A stretch of 64,000 nucleotides of DNA, from NCBI GenBank assembly GCA_963790205.1, contig CAWBNQ010000005.1, positions 32,001 to 96,000 on the forward strand, written 5' to 3'. Shown in pieces: positions 59,061 through 64,000 of this stretch. Origin of the DNA: Nitrospirota bacterium. Lineage in GTDB: Bacteria > Nitrospirota > UBA9217. The translations under genes were made by a program, and so were the position numbers. A model generated the notes under the pieces. That model worked only from the letters and a program-made list of their open reading frames with translations, was not told the DNA's origin and did no database searches. Position 1 is the stretch's first letter. The number at the start of each line of letters is the position of its first letter.

Positions 59061-62000
59061 CTATGCCTTCCGGACATTGACCATAAAGGCCTTTGTCTCG
59101 GGGATCATGGTATTTGCGTCGCCCACGGTCGGCGTGAGCAGATTGGCGCTCTCGCCGCCGCTGCCGTCCTCTGGATACTGCCAGCCGAAGTGCCAGGGCA
59201 TGCCCACCTGGTGGACGGTGGAGCCGCCTATTTTAAACGGCTTCAGCCGGTTCGTTACCACGGCTACGGCCCAGAGCTCGCCGCGGCCCGACGAGACGAT
59301 GACCTTGTCGCCGTCGTTGATGCTCTTTTCCTTTGCCAGCTCCTCGCTCAGTTCCAGGAACATCTGGGGCTGCATCTCGAGCTGCCAAGGCTCGTGTCGC
59401 GTCATGACACCGGTCTGCCAGTGTTCCGAAACCCGGTACGTGGTCGCCACAAAGGGATACCGCACGTCGCAGGAGAAGTAGGCGTCTTCTTTCTCCTCGA
59501 AGAGCTTGATCGTGGGGTTGATGCGCTGCTTGGAAATGAGGTTTGCCTCGATCGGGCATTCCAGGGCCTCGTAATGCTCGGGGAAGGGGCCGTCGGCCAT
59601 GCCGGGGCCGAAGATCGCACCCACGCCCGTGGCCATCATGATGAACGGGTATTTGCCTTTTTCCGTTGCCATGGGCGGCGCGGGTCCGTCGGGCACATCG
59701 CCCACCCATACGCCGGGTTTTTTCGTGACCGGGTCCGGCTTGACCGGGTCCCACTTGATGGCCGGCCGCCTGGGGTCCCAGGGCTTGCCATGGGGATCGA
59801 CGGAAGCGCGGTTGTAGATGATCCTGCGGTTTACCGGCCATGCCCAGGACCATTCAGGGTACATGCCCAGACCCGTCGGGTCGCTCTTGCCCCTGCGCGC
59901 CATCATATTGATGACCTTGCCTTCTTTCTGCGTGTAGCTCTGGGAATAGATCCAGTTGCCGCAGGATGTGGTGCCGTCGGCCTGCAAATGGACGAAGGAA
60001 GCGCAGAGGTCGCCTTTTTTCCCGAGGAGTTTAGGAGGCGTGACGCTCTTGTCGTACACGTCTTCAAGATAGTAGCCGTTGATCTCTTTGGCCACGTTAT
60101 GGATGTTGACTTCCTTGACCTTTCCACCAGGCCCTTTTTCCCCGTAGTTCCAGGTGAGGTTCATGATGGGCGCCGGAAACTTTCCTTTCTGCTTTTGGTA
60201 AAGGTTCTTTACCCTGAAGTAGAGCTCGTTCATGATTTCCGAGTCAGGCTTGGACTGGCCGATCGGATCAATGGCCCTGTACCGCCACTGCGCCCACCGG
60301 CCCGAGTTGGAGATGCTTCCTTCCTTTTCCACGGACGATGCAGCGGGGAGCAGGAAAACCTCGGTCTGGACATCCTTCGGGTTTAAGCCTGGGCCTTTCC
60401 AGAATGAGCCGGTCTCATTGTCAAAGAGGTTGACGTTTACCATCCATTTGAGTTTAGCCAGCGCACTTCTCGTCTTGTTCGAATTGGCGCCCGAGCAGGC
60501 CGGGTTCTGGCCCCAGGCGAAAAAGCCCTCGAATTGGCCCTTGTTCATCTTGTCGAACAGCACAAGCCACGAAGCGTTCATGCCTTCATCGAGCTTCGGG
60601 AGCAAGGAGTAACCGAAATCGTTGTCCTTGTGCGCCGCGTTGCCGTAGATCGCCTTTAGGTAGCTCGTGATGTATTTCCCGCGGTTTGACCACCAGTTCA
60701 CGCTTTTGGGGTCCTTCGTCTTCGGCGTGTATATCTCGATATAAGACTTGAGATCGATAATAGGCCCTGTTGGGGTCGGAAGATATCCAGTGAGCGTGTT
60801 GAACAGGAGGCCATGATCGGTTGATCCCTGGACATTGCTTTCGCCGCGGAGCGCGTTGATGCCGCCGCCCGACATTCCCATGTTGCCGAGGAGAAGCTGG
60901 ATGATGCACATGGCCCGGATGTTCTGCGTACCGATGGTATGCTGGGTCCAGCCCATGGCGTAGAGCTCGGTGCCGACCTTGTTCGGCCTGCCGGTTGATG
61001 CGTAGAGCTTGTAGACTTCAACAAGCTTTTCCTTCGGCGTTCCGGTGATGTCCGAAACCTTATCGAGCGTGTACCGGGCATACTGCTTCTTCAGGAGCCG
61101 GAACACACAGTGCGGATTCTGGAGCGTGTGGTCCTTCTTCGGAATGCCGTTCTCGTCCATCTGGAACGACCAGGTCTTCTTGTCGTATTTCCGGGTCTTT
61201 TGGTCATAGCCGGAGAACAAGCCGTTCAAATCACCGGCAGTCTTGAAATCGGGGTTCACGAGGAACGGGGCATTGGTGTATTCGGTAACGTATTCCCTGA
61301 AGTAAAGATTGTTGTCGAGGATGTATTTGATCATCCCGCCCAAGAAGGCGATGTCCGTGCCCGAGCGCATGGGCGCGTAGAGATCGGCCTTTGCCGCCGT
61401 CCGGGTGAAGCGCGGGTCGACGACGATGAGCTTGGCCCCGCGCTTTTCCCTTGCTTCCTTCACCCATTTCATCGAGATGGGATGGTTCTCTGCCGGGTTC
61501 GACCCCATAACGAGGATAACATCTGCGTTTCTAATATCGATCCAGTGGTTCGTCATTGCACCGCGCCCGAACGACTCTCCCAGAGCCGCTACCGTAGCGG
61601 AGTGTCAGATACGCGCCTGGTGTTCTATGTATACCAGTCCCCATGACCTTAACATTTTTTGGAGCATGTAGCATTCTTCATTGTCCAGGGCCGCGCTTCC
61701 CACATGGGCAATGCCGTCGGTCCTGTTAACCACGAAGTCCTTTTCAACATCTTTTTCCGTGCCGTCAGCCGTCTTTTCCTTTACCTTGGATTTCGACGTG
61801 ATTTTGAAGGTCCTGTCGCGGGTGTCCTTCACTCTCTTGGCGATCTCGTCGAGCGCCCAGTCCCATTCAACTTCCTTGAACTCCGCTGCGCCCGGGGCAC
61901 GGTATTTCGGCTTGGTGAGCCGGAGGGGATTGTTGATGATCTGGTAGAGCGATGAGCCTTTGGAGCAGAGCGTGCCCTCATTGATGGGATGGTCGGGGTC

Positions 62001-62210
62001 TCCTTCGGTATTAACGACCTTTCCATTCTTTGTATAGACGAGGATGCCGCAGCCCACGGAACAGTAGGGACAGACCGTGCGTGTTTCTTCGGCGTCCTTG
62101 ATCCTGAGCTCTTGCGCGTACGCCTTTGCGGGATCAAGATTGATGCCGAGCGAGCCGAGCAAAACCGTGCTGCCTGAGATCTTCATAAAATCCCGTCGCG
62201 ATACCCCCAT
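59061..62210 (-). CDS. fdnG: Formate dehydrogenase alpha subunit, selenoprotein (Sec UGA at 61605-61607)
   Basis: Tat signal SRRDFMK, CPYCSVGC...C, EHQARI-U-HSATVAALGESFGRGAMTNHW; the two ORFs are in the same frame; RGESNVQG. Confidence 0.95.
61571..61589 (-). promoter_or_regulatory. Bacterial SECIS hairpin
   Basis: GCGGCTCT-GGG-AGAGTCGT stem-loop with a G-rich apical loop starting 15 nt after the UGA. Confidence 0.75.
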
Positions 62211-62371
62211 AGAATGACCTCCTTGTGATCACTGTTTTATTTTTGAGCTTGATGACAGTCATTGTTGAACGCAGATTTGAATCTGCGTGGAAGGTTTAAC
62301 TTGCATTAAAAAAGGGAGATTGATCGCTCATTAGTTACGAGCCGCTTGGAAATGTATATGACAGTTAATAT

Positions 62372-62387
62372 AGCAAATAAAATTCCA
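62372..62387 (-). promoter_or_regulatory. Sigma54 (-24/-12) promoter of the fdn operon
   Basis: TGGAATTTTATTTGCT = GG-N10-GC, about 160 nt upstream of fdnG. Confidence 0.6.
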
Positions 62388-62580
62388 TGTGTCGAGGCAT
62401 GTCGGGCGATTATTTTTTTTACGGGCAATCTTTTCCTCGTTTAGATGTTTAATGACCCCGCAACAAGTGAACAGAAGCATGCATTCTCGCTGTTTTCGGA
62501 GGACCCCTCACTCTGTTATCCGCTTGTTACGATAAAATGGTGGATGCGGCAACGGCAAAAATAGGACTTTTTCTATCCGC

Positions 62581-62609
62581 TTGACTTTCACGGGCGTCTT
62601 TGCTATGTT
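62581..62609 (+). promoter_or_regulatory. Sigma70 promoter for hsp20-lon
   Basis: TTGACT-N17-TATGTT with extended -10 TG. Confidence 0.5.
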
Positions 62610-62769
62610 CTTAACAAGTAAAAGGAATTTTATTATCCCTTTTTGTTGAAAAGACGCTACAATTAAATAAAGTGTCAGTAATGTCTGAATCCTTAATCCC
62701 GAACCGGGAGAGACCTCTCAGGGATCATTATCAGTAGATGACCAGAAGGCTGAAAGGGGGGCGGGTTGA

Positions 62770-63171
62770 TTGCGTTACAAATATATCGCCTATAAATATA
62801 CCAGGAGGGGACGTTCGGAAGTTGCCTTCCAAGGCGCCTGGGAGTCCTTCGGCGCATGGCCCCAGCCGTCGGCCATCATCTGGAGACCGCCAACCGACGT
62901 CTATGAGACACCGGATGAGCTCGTTGTCGTCATCGACCTTGCCGGCGTGTCGGAAGACGACATGGCGGTAACGCTGTTCAGCGACCTGCTCGTCGTGGAG
63001 GGAAGGCGCATGCAGCCACCCTGCGCTGAGATGAATGCGTGCCACCAGCTCGGCATCAAGTACGGCGATTTCAGGTCGGAGGTCCATGTCCCGGTCTCTG
63101 TTGACAGCGAAAAGGTCAACGCCGAGTATAAGAACGGTTTGCTCAAGGTCGTGCTCAGGAAGCTCACTTGA
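62770..63171 (+). CDS. Hsp20/alpha-crystallin family protein
   Basis: WRPPTDVYET, DLAGV, YGDFRSEV, AEYKNGLLKV. Confidence 0.88.
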   Translation: MRYKYIAYKYTRRGRSEVAFQGAWESFGAWPQPSAIIWRPPTDVYETPDELVVVIDLAGVSEDDMAVTLFSDLLVVEGRRMQPPCAEMNACHQLGIKYGDFRSEVHVPVSVDSEKVNAEYKNGLLKVVLRKLT

Positions 63172-63257
63172 GAGAGACAGGCAGGCGCAGGTAAACAACG
63201 TTGAAGATCTCGGGTCTTTTAAGCAAACTACTTAAGAAACAGGCCAGGAGCCACGCT

Positions 63258-64000
63258 ATGGAAACTGTAGAAATAGATGCTGAAAAGAAACCGGCCGTGC
63301 CGGCGGAGCTCCCTCTCCTGCCGCTTAAGGACACGGTCGTCTATCCGCTGACGGTCTATCCCCTGGTGATCGGGAAGGAAAAGTCGATCAAGCTCGTCAA
63401 CGATGTGACGGTGGGGGACAAGATCCTGGGCCTCACGGCGCAGAGAAAAGTGGATGCGGAAGTCTCCCACATGTCCGATGTTTACACCATCGGGACGATG
63501 GCGCGCATTCTTCAGATGGTCAAGGTCCCCGACGGCACGCTCCGCGTGCTCGTGCAGGGGATCGAGCGGATCAAGATCACGGAATTCCCGCAGACCGATC
63601 CCTATATCAGGGCGCGCGTCAATGCGTTGCCGGACAAGATCGAAAGCTCCGTGCAGCTTGAGGCGCTCATGCGCGGCGTGTCAGAAGTCTTTCAGAAGAT
63701 GGTCACGCTTACGCCGAACATGCCGGAAGAGCTGTCGGCCGCGGCCCAGAACATAGAAGAGCCGCTGCAGCTCGCCTACCTCATTGCAACGAACATCCGG
63801 CTGGACCTGCCGCAGCGGCAGGACATCCTCGAGACCGAGTCGGTGTACGAGAAGCTCAACAAGATCATGCAGTACCTGAACCGCGAGGTCGAGGTGCTCG
63901 AACTTGGTCGGAAGATCCAGGGACAGGCCCGGGACCAGATGCAGAAGGCCGAGCGGGAATACCTTCTCCGCCAACAGCTTTCGGCCATTCGAAAGGAGCT
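63258..64000 (+). CDS. lon: Lon protease (3'-truncated by window edge)
   Basis: AGGAG RBS; LPLLPLKDTVVYP, PDGTLRVLVQG, REYLLRQQL; open to the window end. Confidence 0.9.
   Translation, partial: METVEIDAEKKPAVPAELPLLPLKDTVVYPLTVYPLVIGKEKSIKLVNDVTVGDKILGLTAQRKVDAEVSHMSDVYTIGTMARILQMVKVPDGTLRVLVQGIERIKITEFPQTDPYIRARVNALPDKIESSVQLEALMRGVSEVFQKMVTLTPNMPEELSAAAQNIEEPLQLAYLIATNIRLDLPQRQDILETESVYEKLNKIMQYLNREVEVLELGRKIQGQARDQMQKAEREYLLRQQLSAIRKE

Noticed and set aside
62269..62288. ACGCAGATT/AATCTGCGT hairpin in the fdnG leader as a Moco/Wco riboswitch
   Set aside because: A single stem without the multi-stem architecture of those RNAs.
62703..62725. CGGGAGAGAC and CTCTCAGG resembling glycine riboswitch motifs
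   Set aside because: The two motifs are adjacent with no room for the intervening stems, and hsp20-lon is an implausible context.

Overview
A 64 kb, GC-rich bacterial chromosomal segment from an anaerobe-like organism. A Nitrospirota or deltaproteobacteria-like origin is my impression only. Backbone: a complete E. coli-type NADH:quinone oxidoreductase operon (nuoA-N, fused nuoCD, minus strand) followed by transketolase; c-di-GMP and two-component genes; hpt/pncA/pncB salvage genes; ispB, trpS, mltD, dnaE, tRNA-Gly and tRNA-Cys, htpX; a selenocysteine-containing formate dehydrogenase operon (fdnGHI) with SECIS and a sigma54 promoter; hsp20 and a truncated lon. Accessory DNA: a complete chromosomal integron (integrase with an extra N-terminal domain, attI, four attC sites) whose cassettes include an ABC-ATPase/TOPRIM protein resembling fused PARIS and a BrnT/BrnA toxin-antitoxin pair. 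The most striking signal is a family of small elements made of inverted arrays of 6-10 nt tandem repeats. Three copies enclose a GxxExxY PD-(D/E)XK nuclease gene (two open ORFs, one pseudogene), and gene-less copies with matching arms also occur. These elements, their half-arms or a related hairpin remnant occupy all 10 non-overlapping junctions of the nuo operon, supply stop codons to nuoF and nuoH, and related repeats are inserted in frame in nuoG and an HDAC gene. Single-base frameshifts in essential genes (trpS, dnaE) point to long-read assembly errors, so pseudogene calls resting on one indel are unreliable.
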